Of a DNA stretch of 64,000 nt, positions 8,290 through 18,417 are shown in pieces (the stretch's first letter is position 1; each line of letters opens with the position of its first letter). The stretch comes from Candidatus Poribacteria bacterium (lineage in GTDB: Bacteria; Poribacteria; WGA-4E; WGA-3G), in contig CAXXLX010000001.1 in assembly GCA_963665235.2 (NCBI GenBank), forward strand, positions 4,192,001 through 4,256,000, given 5' to 3'. The notes under the pieces were generated by a model. It saw only the letters and a program-made list of their open reading frames with translations, was not told the DNA's origin and made no database searches. The position numbers and the translations under genes are program-made.

Positions 8290-10686
8290 AAATTCCTTCT
8301 TGACAATAATGAGAGGCAAGCTGGTTGCTCTGCCCTCTCCATCGATACACATTAACTCATGCTTTCCGACAGTAGGGGTTAAGAACGTTGGCTCTACCGC
8401 TTTCCCCTTGAAGATAAGCTCCCCATTCAGAAACCAGAAAATCTCCTGTGTGTCGCCAGACACCGAAGCGGATAACCGAATCTTTTGATGCTGTAGCGGG
8501 ACACCCGAACGGATATAATATACAGTCTCCTGTACGGGGGATAGGATAACCGGGTGTGTACCAGTGAGCGTGCGGGTGCATGTCCTGTTATGCGGTGGAA
8601 GTAGGGGAACAGCGAAACCGTTTGCCTGTAGGTAGGTCGCCACCGCTGCTGGCCACACCGCAATTGTCTCTTCACGGTAGGCTTTTCCCGGGCGGCATGA
8701 TGAGCAGAGCCGTTCTCCTGTTGTTATATCTACCTGGACGCGCGTGTGAATGTGACATTCACGGACAGCGGAGATGCCGGGGATATATACATCCGAAGTT
8801 GACGTTGGGCAGTGCGATGATAAAGGCAAGCCGCTTAATGCACAGACCAACCGTGTCTTGAGGTTGGCAGGTTTGCTAAACCACCTGTGGGTCTTTTCGC
8901 TGGAAAGGGCAGTGAAGAGCGCGAAAAGGATAGGCGCAGCAGCCTCGGAACCGCTGAGCACAGGCGACCCGACTCCGTTGAAATTGCCTAACCACACGCC
9001 AATAGTTAGCGCAGGTGAATAGCCGATGCTCCAAGCATCTCTGTGGCCATAAGATGTTCCTGTTTTCCACGCCACCTTTGGGAACGTGCCAGTCTTCTCA
9101 AAAGATTTAGGAAAATCGGGACGTTGTAACGTCGTCAGCATTTCGGTGACAAGCCAACTCGTCTCCGGGCGCAACAGACGGCGCACTGGTGGGGCAAAGG
9201 TTGCGGATGTCGACTCTACTTTTTCATTGACGATTCGATACGGTGCAAATTCCCCCATATTCGCCAAACCTGCGTAGAGATTTGTTAGCTCGAGGAGATT
9301 GATACCGCACCCGCCAAGCACAAGCGACAATCCATAGTCCTCCTGATGTGTGAGCGTAGAAATCCCCGCCTGTTTAAGAAATCCGTAAAGTCTATTTTTT
9401 TCCATCTTCGCAGAGAGATTGACAGCAGGTACATTGAGCGACCGCGCTAATGCATCTTGCACTGTAACGTATCCTGTGTACTTTCCATCGTAATTGACAG
9501 GTGAATAACCGCTGAAGTCAACCGGGACATCGAACAGCACTGTTTGCTGCGTAATAAGTCCCGCGTCAATAGCAAGCGCGTAGATAAAGGGTTTGAGCGT
9601 TGAACCGGGGGAGCGGGCAGATAGTGTGCCGTTGACTTGACCCGCGGATGCCTTATCAAAGAAATCGTGTGCCCCAACCATTGCAAGCACTTCACGAGTT
9701 TTGGTGTCCATAACGACAACTGCCCCTGTAGAGACCCGCTGCTTTTGCAACGGGAGTAGGTATTCCCGCAAGATACGTTTTGCTGTGTCCTGATACCGGA
9801 CATCCACTGTGGTGTGTATTGTAGATTGAAACGGGTGTTGTTTGGCAAGGCGGCGGCAGAGGTGAGGGGCTTTAAAAGGAAGGGGATATCGTTTTGTCGG
9901 AATAGGCTCCTGTTCTGCTTCCGCCATCTGCTGTGCGGAGATTTTTCCGGCATTTTTCAGGCGCAGCAGCACCTTTGTTCGTGCCTCGCGTGCGCGTTCG
10001 GGAAACCGCTCGGGTCGTAAACTTTCCGGTGAATTCGGGATGGCCGCCAGAAGTGCAGCTTCCCCCAGACTCAACGCACTTTGCGGTTTATTGAAATAGA
10101 GGCGTGACGCAGCAGCGGAGCCGACGATATTGCCTCCGTAAGGCAGCATATTGATGTAAAACGTCAATATCTCCGATTTCGTGTAGGTCAGCTCTAACTG
10201 AAGGGCACGAAACATTTCGATGAGTTTGTTGGACAGCGTCCGGCGTTTCGGCTCCATGAGCCGGGCGAGTTGCATCGTGATTGTAGAACCGCCACGCACA
10301 ATCTTTCTCGCTTTGAGGTTGTCAAACGCAGCACTGAGAAGTGCAGCAGGGTTGATACCCCAATGCTGGTAAAACCACCGGTCTTCATAAGTTAGTATAG
10401 CAGTTTGAAGCTGCGGGGATACGGCAGATAGCGATGTTTCCGGCATCCGCCACATATCATCTGGTGCAGTAAAGGCACGGAGCCAATAGCCATTTCTATC
10501 AAGTACCACAGTTGATGGTACCGGCTGAAGTTTCTCTGTAGGCAGCGGGAAACACCAATTGGCAACAACAAAAAAGCACAACGGAATTAAGGGGAGTGCT
10601 ACGATGTACCATCTTTTCCGTACGCTTTTTACCAATCTGATTACAGCATTCAGAAAATTCGGGAAATTGCGTCTTGTGAGTTTCAT
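8287..10686 (-). CDS. pbpC: Penicillin-binding protein 1C
   Basis: Transglycosylase EDRWF/GGSTITMQLAR; transpeptidase STLK, SLN, KTG motifs; adjacent to alpha-2-macroglobulin. Confidence 0.95.
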   Translation of the reverse strand: MKLTRRNFPNFLNAVIRLVKSVRKRWYIVALPLIPLCFFVVANWCFPLPTEKLQPVPSTVVLDRNGYWLRAFTAPDDMWRMPETSLSAVSPQLQTAILTYEDRWFYQHWGINPAALLSAAFDNLKARKIVRGGSTITMQLARLMEPKRRTLSNKLIEMFRALQLELTYTKSEILTFYINMLPYGGNIVGSAAASRLYFNKPQSALSLGEAALLAAIPNSPESLRPERFPERAREARTKVLLRLKNAGKISAQQMAEAEQEPIPTKRYPLPFKAPHLCRRLAKQHPFQSTIHTTVDVRYQDTAKRILREYLLPLQKQRVSTGAVVVMDTKTREVLAMVGAHDFFDKASAGQVNGTLSARSPGSTLKPFIYALAIDAGLITQQTVLFDVPVDFSGYSPVNYDGKYTGYVTVQDALARSLNVPAVNLSAKMEKNRLYGFLKQAGISTLTHQEDYGLSLVLGGCGINLLELTNLYAGLANMGEFAPYRIVNEKVESTSATFAPPVRRLLRPETSWLVTEMLTTLQRPDFPKSFEKTGTFPKVAWKTGTSYGHRDAWSIGYSPALTIGVWLGNFNGVGSPVLSGSEAAAPILFALFTALSSEKTHRWFSKPANLKTRLVCALSGLPLSSHCPTSTSDVYIPGISAVRECHIHTRVQVDITTGERLCSSCRPGKAYREETIAVWPAAVATYLQANGFAVPLLPPHNRTCTRTLTGTHPVILSPVQETVYYIRSGVPLQHQKIRLSASVSGDTQEIFWFLNGELIFKGKAVEPTFLTPTVGKHELMCIDGEGRATSLPLIIVKKEF

Positions 10687-10693
10687 GGTTTTG

Positions 10694-13600
10694 CTAATGG
10701 CTAATGACTATTTTACCACTATTAGCAACAGAAGATTTTGCGGGGTCATACATCGCTTCAGCGGAGACGGGTGGCAACGTAAACTCGCCGCGCGTTACGG
10801 CACGTAGGGCATAATGGAATTTTCGTTCCCGTTGACGCGGGAAGGTGCCGAAGAAGATAAGCCGGTCGTCGCGAATGTCGACGTAATCCGGTTTGAAGTC
10901 CTGCGTTTTCAACCAGGGAATTCCTGTCCGCGAAGCTAACCGCGCGTTCTCAATTTCAAAACCTGCTGGCAACATATCTACGACTACAACATTTTCCAGG
11001 TTTGAAGTAAGGGCTTTGACTGTAATTTCTGCTATCACCAAATTCCCGTGTCGGAATTCGTTATTATTGTATGGTATTCCCTCTCGATTAAGGTAGCGTC
11101 GCCGGACCACTAACTGTCGGTCGTATTCCTCAATAAAGGAATCGCGTTGTATACCGAATGCTGACCAATAGTAATAGCAACTGCCCTCCCCTTCAATAGC
11201 AATTTGAACCTGCGCGCCATCCCAATCTTTATCACTTAATTGGAGTCCTGTTTTTGAATCGAAATCGCCGATATGTTCTCCATTTAGCGTGAGCGTGCCG
11301 GTATAGTTTCCATCCATTTTCTTTTTCAGGATTTTGCCGAGGGCAAGAAAGGCGAATGCGTTTTCTTGAGTCGTGCCCCACCGTTTTCTTTGGGCTGCAG
11401 CGTCGCTCAGGTTGCTAACAAGTGTTGGAATAGATGGGTGGTTTTCGTTGACCTCGGCGAGGACATCGAGGATAATCGCTTGCGACCGAACCGGTGAATC
11501 AAAATTTGTGCCGGTCTCGCGATGCCCCTCGTTTTGAGATGAAACGGACATAGGGAGCATAGAGAGGGCTGTCTCCAATTCACCGCTGAGGGCATAAGCA
11601 CCCGCCAATTGAAATTGACTATAATCGGTAAGTCCACTGAGGAGATTGTTTTTTAAATAGTGCATCACCCCTTTTTCTGGTGCTTCGGCAGCGGCTAAGA
11701 CGTAACAAGCGTAAACAGCTCGGGCAACTTCATATCTATTAGATTTATCAATTTTTTGGATTTCGCTTCGGTCAACACCCCCTATAAGCTGTTTTGCCTG
11801 TTCTTTTAACCCTTGTAGCATTGCGCTGTAAACCCGGTCAGAGACCTGATAACCTGCTTTACGCGCTTCAACCAAAAAGTGCGAAGCATAGACACTACTC
11901 CAATGATTAATGTATCGTCCGCCGGGCCAGTATGAAAAATGATTTTGAGAGGTGAGCATACTTTCAAGTTTCGTGATACCGGCTGTAATGTAGGCATCAA
12001 TGCTTTCATCTGAAGCGATTTCAGGGTCAACAGTCCGGGCGACATCCTTAAAATAGAGCAGTGGAAACACTCGACTTGTCGTTTGCTCAAGACATCCATA
12101 CGGATAGCGGAGCAGATAACGAATCCCCCCAGCAAACTCAACCGCAGGAAACGGTGAAACGGTGAGCGTAAAGTCGGACGACTCCGCTATGTAGTTAGAA
12201 GGAAAAATGAGGTCCGCGGGGTTCGCTGCGCTTACTACCCCATGCCCGGTCTGTGTTACTGGGGGTGCAGCGGAGCGGAGCGGCAGTTGGACTGACATCT
12301 GTGTCTGTTCATTATTTCCAGAAGCGTTCAAGGTAAAGGTAGCTTTGCCAATCGCATCATGGGCCATCAGTTCGAAAATGAGTTGTGCCTCACTATCATT
12401 CGCAATCTGTATCTGGCGGTTGACAGTATGCGGAGAATGGCTACTCCCTTCTACCGGGAGGAGTTGGACATCACCGGCTGCATGCAATTCGACACGAAAT
12501 TCTCCATCTCTCCCTGTGCCGTTATATACATTTACAGGAAACTGGATACGGTCCCCTCCCGCCAGGAAACGGGGGAATGTTGGTGTTAGTACCACCGGTT
12601 CACGAACTTTGATAAATTTTTCTGTAGAACCGTAGTATGCATTGGAAAAAGCGACCGCCATTAACCGCAAGGTGCCGTTGAATTGCGGGACATGGAAATC
12701 GACCTTTCCTCTGCCGTACCGGTCCGTTTTCAAAATTCCCGACCAGAGTGAAACCGGTTTGACGCGTATAACACTGCCGGTGTTAATTCGTTTTGCCCGT
12801 CCATCTGTGCTAGCTGCCCCATCCCCGCCGGGGCTCGAGGCGGCTTGTACTGTCGGAATTTCGGGTAAGATAGAGGTATAGAGGTCATAGGTGTCTGTTT
12901 TTAGACCGCGCTGCCGATAGAAGTAGCCGTGTGGGTCGGGTGTACGGAAATCTGTCAACTGAAGTATTCCTTCATCAACTGCAGCGATGATAACATGTGA
13001 GAACGCCCTTTGGCCGCCACGCACGCGAAACTTGACGGTTACATCGCTATTTGGTCGCATCTCTTCGGGGGCCTCTAAGTTGATAGTGAGTCGGTTGGGC
13101 TCAGCGTCTATTTTCAAAGGAATGACCCCGAAAGCCCGCGCGGGCGCGTGTTCCTCATAAGAACCGGTCGACCGAATCAAGGTACCAGAAAGGTAGATGT
13201 TCGGTTTATAACCGTACTGGACCGGAATATCCAAGCTGGCTGTATTTCCTCTGAGTGTGACAGTTCGGTAGCTCAAAATCTTTTCCCGTTCTATTGTCAA
13301 TAAAAGTTTACCGGGAAATGGTGCTTTAATCTGTAGTTTGGCTGTCTCCCCGATTCGGTATACGGGTTTATTCAAAGACATTTCAAGCAGGGTGGGGTTT
13401 TCCATGGAGTAGGGAACTGTCCGCCATCCACTTGCTTCGATGTCCAATTCGGTTTTTGCACCAGACGCTGTGTCTTGAAGCTGCAATCGGTATTCGCCAT
13501 AGTCGGTGGGCGTGAACGTGAAGGTGCCCATCTCTTCCGTTGAGATAAATTCGCGGGATTCTAACGTGGTGACCTGTCTATCGGATACGTATTCATACTG

Positions 13601-16156
13601 TCCTTGTGTGTTTTGGCGAAGTATAGTGTTCCAATGGACCTTGTAAATGTTGAGCGTTAAGGCACGTCCAGCCACGGCTTCCCCGCTTTTATCCACAGCA
13701 ATATAGTTAAAAATAACATCCTGATTAGGTTTGATAGTCCCCGAACGTGAACGTTTGATGCCGACATAATGTGAATATGGATGTACGACCATGCGCTGTG
13801 ATGCAGTGACCGCTCTTCCGCCAGTTTCGCTGACAGTTGCTGTTAGTACACCGCTGAGCAGAGAGGGGGCTTTCACAGTGTTTGGCAGCGTAAATTGATA
13901 TACGCACTTGCCCTCCGCATCTGTCTTTGCCTCCGCTAGGGGAATTTGTTGCTGTTCAAACGGCATAAGACTTGAAAAAAGGAAAGTACGCCACTTTTCA
14001 GCGGGGCGATACGGTACAGCCTCAAGAATATAAGCGGCTTCCACTTTGCGGTTGGCCGCGGGCGGTCCGAATAGGTTCACCGCTGAAACATCCATTTTTA
14101 CTTCATCGCCGAGGTCATATATAGGTTTGTCGGTGGTAACGGTGACCTTCATTCGGTCGGGCATAAATTCTTCTACTAGAAAACGGGTGCGTCCAATCTC
14201 TTTGTCAGCGATGCGCATCTTGGCGATATACCCCCCTGTTTGCGCGTAGGGGGGTAGCGGAATTGTTATCTCACAGCCGCCTCGTCTGTCCGTGTTTTGT
14301 CGAAATTCCTGAACGATGCGTCCATCAGGGGCTAACACCTCAATGCGGGTGGGAAGGGAGGGCGGTGTTACGTTTCGCTTACCACGCACAATCGCTGCAA
14401 GCGAAATGTTCTCCCCGGGACGATAAACGCCGCGACTCGTACAGAGGAAGGCTTCATATCCTGTCTCTATATAGGGTGTACCGCCAACGTTGAGGTCCCC
14501 GGTGGCCAACTGATGTTTGTTCAACTGGAGGAAGGCAAGGTCATCCGCTTTTTCCACAGTCAACATAAACGGCGTAAACCCCTCCGTTTTTTGAGCAACT
14601 CTGGAGAATTTGACGACCCCTCCCCAATTCGTTTTACCTGTGAGCAAGGTCTGATTATTATCGCTAATCAGTTTAACCGTCGCGTACGGAATAGGTTTTA
14701 AGGTAGCAAGGGAGTTGACCCAAACCCACAGCTCATCCCCCGCCTGTTTGGCAATAATGCCGAGGTCTGTTAACATGACCCATTGATTGGCACGTATCCA
14801 GGGACGCTGGACATCTTGGACAGTGACCTTAAAGATTCCCACGTGCGGGTCTTTCAAGTACTGCCCTAATGCAATAGGCGTTCGGACCTCTTGGTTCAAC
14901 CGTGGGTTGATAGCGAGGGTGCCGGTGTGAATCGGTTTACCCAAGTTTGATACCCACTGACTCCACCTGGCTCGTCGAGAAACATAAATAAGGTTGTTCC
15001 CAAAGACCTTCTCTATTGTTACAGAAACGTTCCGGACGTTTATCGTTGCAAGACCTACGTTCATGTTCTGATGCCGTGTGAGAAAAAATCCACTGCCAAC
15101 AAAGCGAATCTGTGGGTGTACATCTGGGATGGTGAGCTGGACAGAATACGGTTTTTTTAGCACGGACCCGTCGGGCGCGGTTAACCCTTCCTTAACAGTG
15201 ACAGTGTATTTTTTGCGTCGTTCAAAATCGCCATGAATTTCAATATCCCCGTATCGCGTGATAATCTGAACGTCTAAAGCTGGTTTGATATGGATATAGG
15301 GCTGTACGGTGTGTATCGGTATTGAGGAGCTGAAACGTAGGGCGATATGCGGTTTTCCGGATGTCTCTTCCGCGCGAGCATACCTAATGCCGAGCGTACC
15401 CCGGCCGGTCAGAACTAGCGTTGTAACATCCGCTGCTTTCAAACCGATTTGTCCGCCTGTACACTTAAACCCCTTTTCAATGCGGACCTTGAGATTTTGG
15501 TCCCCGAGGAGCCGTGGAATGCTTTCCGTTTTTAGCGTAATCGTCCGGGCGATGCCGTGCTGGGGTTCAAGGGTATACGGAATCTCCGTGGCCCCCTCAA
15601 GCCAGACAGACAGATTCGCGCGTAAATCCGCGATATTGACCGGATAATTAAAGGTCAAGGTGCCAACAGCTTGCGCGTGTACTTTGGTATATTCGAATTC
15701 AAGGTCTTTTTTCTCTAGATGGAAGGGTTCCGTTGAGAAGCTGAATTTTCGGGTCCCGGTGATAACCGCTTCAAAGACATTTTGAAGTGATTTGCTGGAA
15801 AGTTCCATCGTGTACTTTGTGGAGGGGGCTAGGGGGCTCTCTAAAAAGAAGCGGATTTTATCACGTTCTAACCAACGCGCAGTCCCCCGAACGGCAGGTG
15901 TAAATTGAATCGCTTGGTTTGGCACCTCCGTGTTAATCGCAGAATTGTCAACCACTGGCTCCGAAAACGTAATCGTAAAGTCAACCCATTGCGGTACTTT
16001 TTCGCTCTGCGGTGTGAACGACTTAACAGTGACCCGCGTTTTCTCGCTAGATGTCATAAACCACTTATGGAAAAAGAAGGTAAGCAGCATAACGCTTGGG
16101 ATAAGAGCAATCACACCGATTAAAAACTTTTTTCTGCCCACAATAAATGCCTCCAA
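10694..16156 (-). CDS. Bacterial alpha-2-macroglobulin (YfhM-like)
   Basis: 1820 aa; RGVYRPGE, AAVDEGIL, thioester YPYGCLEQ, AEAMYDP; co-oriented with pbpC. Confidence 0.95.
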   Translation of the reverse strand: MEAFIVGRKKFLIGVIALIPSVMLLTFFFHKWFMTSSEKTRVTVKSFTPQSEKVPQWVDFTITFSEPVVDNSAINTEVPNQAIQFTPAVRGTARWLERDKIRFFLESPLAPSTKYTMELSSKSLQNVFEAVITGTRKFSFSTEPFHLEKKDLEFEYTKVHAQAVGTLTFNYPVNIADLRANLSVWLEGATEIPYTLEPQHGIARTITLKTESIPRLLGDQNLKVRIEKGFKCTGGQIGLKAADVTTLVLTGRGTLGIRYARAEETSGKPHIALRFSSSIPIHTVQPYIHIKPALDVQIITRYGDIEIHGDFERRKKYTVTVKEGLTAPDGSVLKKPYSVQLTIPDVHPQIRFVGSGFFLTRHQNMNVGLATINVRNVSVTIEKVFGNNLIYVSRRARWSQWVSNLGKPIHTGTLAINPRLNQEVRTPIALGQYLKDPHVGIFKVTVQDVQRPWIRANQWVMLTDLGIIAKQAGDELWVWVNSLATLKPIPYATVKLISDNNQTLLTGKTNWGGVVKFSRVAQKTEGFTPFMLTVEKADDLAFLQLNKHQLATGDLNVGGTPYIETGYEAFLCTSRGVYRPGENISLAAIVRGKRNVTPPSLPTRIEVLAPDGRIVQEFRQNTDRRGGCEITIPLPPYAQTGGYIAKMRIADKEIGRTRFLVEEFMPDRMKVTVTTDKPIYDLGDEVKMDVSAVNLFGPPAANRKVEAAYILEAVPYRPAEKWRTFLFSSLMPFEQQQIPLAEAKTDAEGKCVYQFTLPNTVKAPSLLSGVLTATVSETGGRAVTASQRMVVHPYSHYVGIKRSRSGTIKPNQDVIFNYIAVDKSGEAVAGRALTLNIYKVHWNTILRQNTQGQYEYVSDRQVTTLESREFISTEEMGTFTFTPTDYGEYRLQLQDTASGAKTELDIEASGWRTVPYSMENPTLLEMSLNKPVYRIGETAKLQIKAPFPGKLLLTIEREKILSYRTVTLRGNTASLDIPVQYGYKPNIYLSGTLIRSTGSYEEHAPARAFGVIPLKIDAEPNRLTINLEAPEEMRPNSDVTVKFRVRGGQRAFSHVIIAAVDEGILQLTDFRTPDPHGYFYRQRGLKTDTYDLYTSILPEIPTVQAASSPGGDGAASTDGRAKRINTGSVIRVKPVSLWSGILKTDRYGRGKVDFHVPQFNGTLRLMAVAFSNAYYGSTEKFIKVREPVVLTPTFPRFLAGGDRIQFPVNVYNGTGRDGEFRVELHAAGDVQLLPVEGSSHSPHTVNRQIQIANDSEAQLIFELMAHDAIGKATFTLNASGNNEQTQMSVQLPLRSAAPPVTQTGHGVVSAANPADLIFPSNYIAESSDFTLTVSPFPAVEFAGGIRYLLRYPYGCLEQTTSRVFPLLYFKDVARTVDPEIASDESIDAYITAGITKLESMLTSQNHFSYWPGGRYINHWSSVYASHFLVEARKAGYQVSDRVYSAMLQGLKEQAKQLIGGVDRSEIQKIDKSNRYEVARAVYACYVLAAAEAPEKGVMHYLKNNLLSGLTDYSQFQLAGAYALSGELETALSMLPMSVSSQNEGHRETGTNFDSPVRSQAIILDVLAEVNENHPSIPTLVSNLSDAAAQRKRWGTTQENAFAFLALGKILKKKMDGNYTGTLTLNGEHIGDFDSKTGLQLSDKDWDGAQVQIAIEGEGSCYYYWSAFGIQRDSFIEEYDRQLVVRRRYLNREGIPYNNNEFRHGNLVIAEITVKALTSNLENVVVVDMLPAGFEIENARLASRTGIPWLKTQDFKPDYVDIRDDRLIFFGTFPRQRERKFHYALRAVTRGEFTLPPVSAEAMYDPAKSSVANSGKIVISH

Positions 16157-16200
16157 TTGTAGTTAAATCTCTTCTCGCTTTCTCGCTCACTTTAAGTATA

Positions 16201-16217
16201 AGCAATTTTTATGCCAA
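16201..16217 (-). promoter_or_regulatory. Putative sigma54 (-24/-12) promoter of the A2M-pbpC operon
   Basis: Minus strand TTGGCATAAAAATTGCT, about 45 bp upstream of the start. Confidence 0.55.
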
Positions 16218-16399
16218 TTTTACATATCATGCCTTGAAAGATTTCCTGCCCCAAAACGTGGTAATTCTGAAGGCCTCAAGCATCAGTTAAGAGAGATCGG
16301 GCCAATGTAGCATCTCTTTGAATCATCAACCCCATCTTTATGACAACTAACATGTGTAAAAATTAACACACCACTTTTGCCGTTTTATCGCAAAACAAT

Positions 16400-17617
16400 T
16401 TAGAACCAAAATCGCGACATCAAAATAATCTGATCGGTCCCTTGGAGCTGTCGTAACATGCCCTTATTGTTAATTTTCTCATCAGGCATCCGGTCATCGT
16501 TAGGCAAATTTGCCCAATAGAACAGCGAAATTGCCCCGTTTTCGATAAAATTGTATTGGGCACTGAGCGTCACACGTCTTGTAGCATCTCCCAAAACCGT
16601 TCTGTCTGGGTCGAACAAACCGTAGCGTCCAGCCACGGTAAATTGCGGTAGAACACGGTATTTTGCGCCGACATAGTAACCCTTAGAGTCAATGTCATCT
16701 GACGCGAAGGAGGTAGGCATGTCGCTATTACCGAAATTGAATTCACCTTCTAAGCTCAATCCCGCGTAAGAGGCGGTCAGAAAAGCCCCGATGAGCCGTT
16801 CCCACTCTTCACCGGGTCGTTCAAATATGCAGGAGACTCCCGCCCGGATTGGGCCGAGGTGTCCGCCAACAGTTCCGAGTATCCCTTTGGCTGCTGTGGT
16901 ATCGGTGTTAAAAAACGCAGCGTTGTAAAAAACTTTTCCTAAGCTCCCTGCAAGTTCAACGCCAACATCGCGCTTATTGGAGCCGAGGGCGTAGCCTTCG
17001 CGGATGAGAATGTTATGGTCTTTCTGTTTGATACCGAAAGGCAAGCGAAATTGACCGGCTTTGACGTAGAGGTGTTTCGGAATTGCATCCACTGTAGCGA
17101 AAGCGTTTAGCGTATTCGCAACAAAGTTGTTGGAAACGGTTAACCGTACGTGCTCTGATGCTTGTGCATTGAACGTTACCTCCGCTTGCATCAGGAGAAA
17201 TCTGTCAACAGAGGAGTGGCATGAGTTGCACCCTGCTACTGTGCTCTCTCCTTCGTGTACATCCATAGTTTTAATAAAAGCTGTCTGTAGGTCAAACGAA
17301 GTCGTAAGTTGCTTGACAACCGCCTTGGCTTCTTCGGTTACAGCTTCCATATCGAAGTCTTCGGGAAATTCGAAATAGTTCTGTTCAAAAATTTCGCCAA
17401 TCCGGTTTCGGGGGCCGCCGCCAGCTGGGTCGATGTGACAGAAGTTGCAGTCCTTCTCTAATTCGGCGGCAAACTCAGGACGCGCTTCAGCAAGATTCAC
17501 TGCAAAGAGGCTGAATGAAAGTCCGGCTATGAGTGCAAGTGTCAGTAGCAGACACAAAGGATTTCTCGATAAAACGTCGTTGTTAAAATCGTTTACGAAT
17601 TTATTATTTCTGTTCAA
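16400..17617 (-). CDS. Secreted di-heme c-type cytochrome fused to a predicted outer-membrane beta-barrel
   Basis: Signal peptide; CNFCH and CNSCH; porin-like GQFRLPFG, amphipathic strands, terminal Phe (RFWF). Confidence 0.7.
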   Translation of the reverse strand: MNRNNKFVNDFNNDVLSRNPLCLLLTLALIAGLSFSLFAVNLAEARPEFAAELEKDCNFCHIDPAGGGPRNRIGEIFEQNYFEFPEDFDMEAVTEEAKAVVKQLTTSFDLQTAFIKTMDVHEGESTVAGCNSCHSSVDRFLLMQAEVTFNAQASEHVRLTVSNNFVANTLNAFATVDAIPKHLYVKAGQFRLPFGIKQKDHNILIREGYALGSNKRDVGVELAGSLGKVFYNAAFFNTDTTAAKGILGTVGGHLGPIRAGVSCIFERPGEEWERLIGAFLTASYAGLSLEGEFNFGNSDMPTSFASDDIDSKGYYVGAKYRVLPQFTVAGRYGLFDPDRTVLGDATRRVTLSAQYNFIENGAISLFYWANLPNDDRMPDEKINNKGMLRQLQGTDQIILMSRFWF

Positions 17618-17678
17618 AATCCTGCTCCTTATCTATAAATACCCTCTGATTTCCGATTGTGGTTTGGATTGCTTTCCC

Positions 17679-18254
17679 TTAGTCAAGTTCTGTAAAAACG
17701 TAGTCTATATCTTGAACCTGGGCGTGGCATCCCCAACAGATTCTGCCGGAGGCGAGTATGCTAAAATCGGCATCCGGTGCGTTGCGGGTATATTCAATGA
17801 ACTCCCAATCGTTGTGCGCTGCGTTAGTGCCTGGTATTTTTCGCATAATTGCAATGAGCCCAATGTAGTCCTTATTTGGACGATACGCCTCTTTTACGAC
17901 GATGCTTCCAGCGGGATACGGAAATTGCTGTTCGTCATCAGGTGCAATGGTCTCGCGTGTTTGGTTAACGTAAACGTTCTTTGTACCTAAATGCGGGTCA
18001 CCACCTGCGACGGGCGGAATCGGTTCAGCGTTTAATTTTAACCACTGTTCATAACCTGCTACATCGTCAGGAAGCCCCGGCAGTGCAACCGCGGGTTCTT
18101 CAGGCTCGTTATCCGGCTCGTTTTGCTGGACAAGTTCGTCTAGCTGCTGCTCCTCAACGCAGGACATGAAAAGGATACAAGGGATTAGCAGCACAGTAAA
18201 TCCTATAAGAACGTTCAAAAATAATCGATTCAGTTTTTTGTTTTGCATTATCAT
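17679..18254 (-). CDS. Cytochrome P460 family lipoprotein
   Basis: Lipobox-like LFMSC; VYVN, YPAGSIVVKE, MRK, WEF and C-terminal CWGCH. Confidence 0.8.
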   Translation of the reverse strand: MIMQNKKLNRLFLNVLIGFTVLLIPCILFMSCVEEQQLDELVQQNEPDNEPEEPAVALPGLPDDVAGYEQWLKLNAEPIPPVAGGDPHLGTKNVYVNQTRETIAPDDEQQFPYPAGSIVVKEAYRPNKDYIGLIAIMRKIPGTNAAHNDWEFIEYTRNAPDADFSILASGRICWGCHAQVQDIDYVFTELD

Positions 18255-18417
18255 GTTCTTCGGGCTAGAGCCTCCATCTTAAGGCGGCGGAGGAAAGCCC
18301 ACTCCTTTCTGTTTGAGAACGGACTGCACAGCAAAATGCCACGCAGCTTGGTAGTCTCCGCGGGAGCATCCAAAATATCTTGTGTGTTGCTATGCACGGA
18401 TACCGTGATATAAGTGT

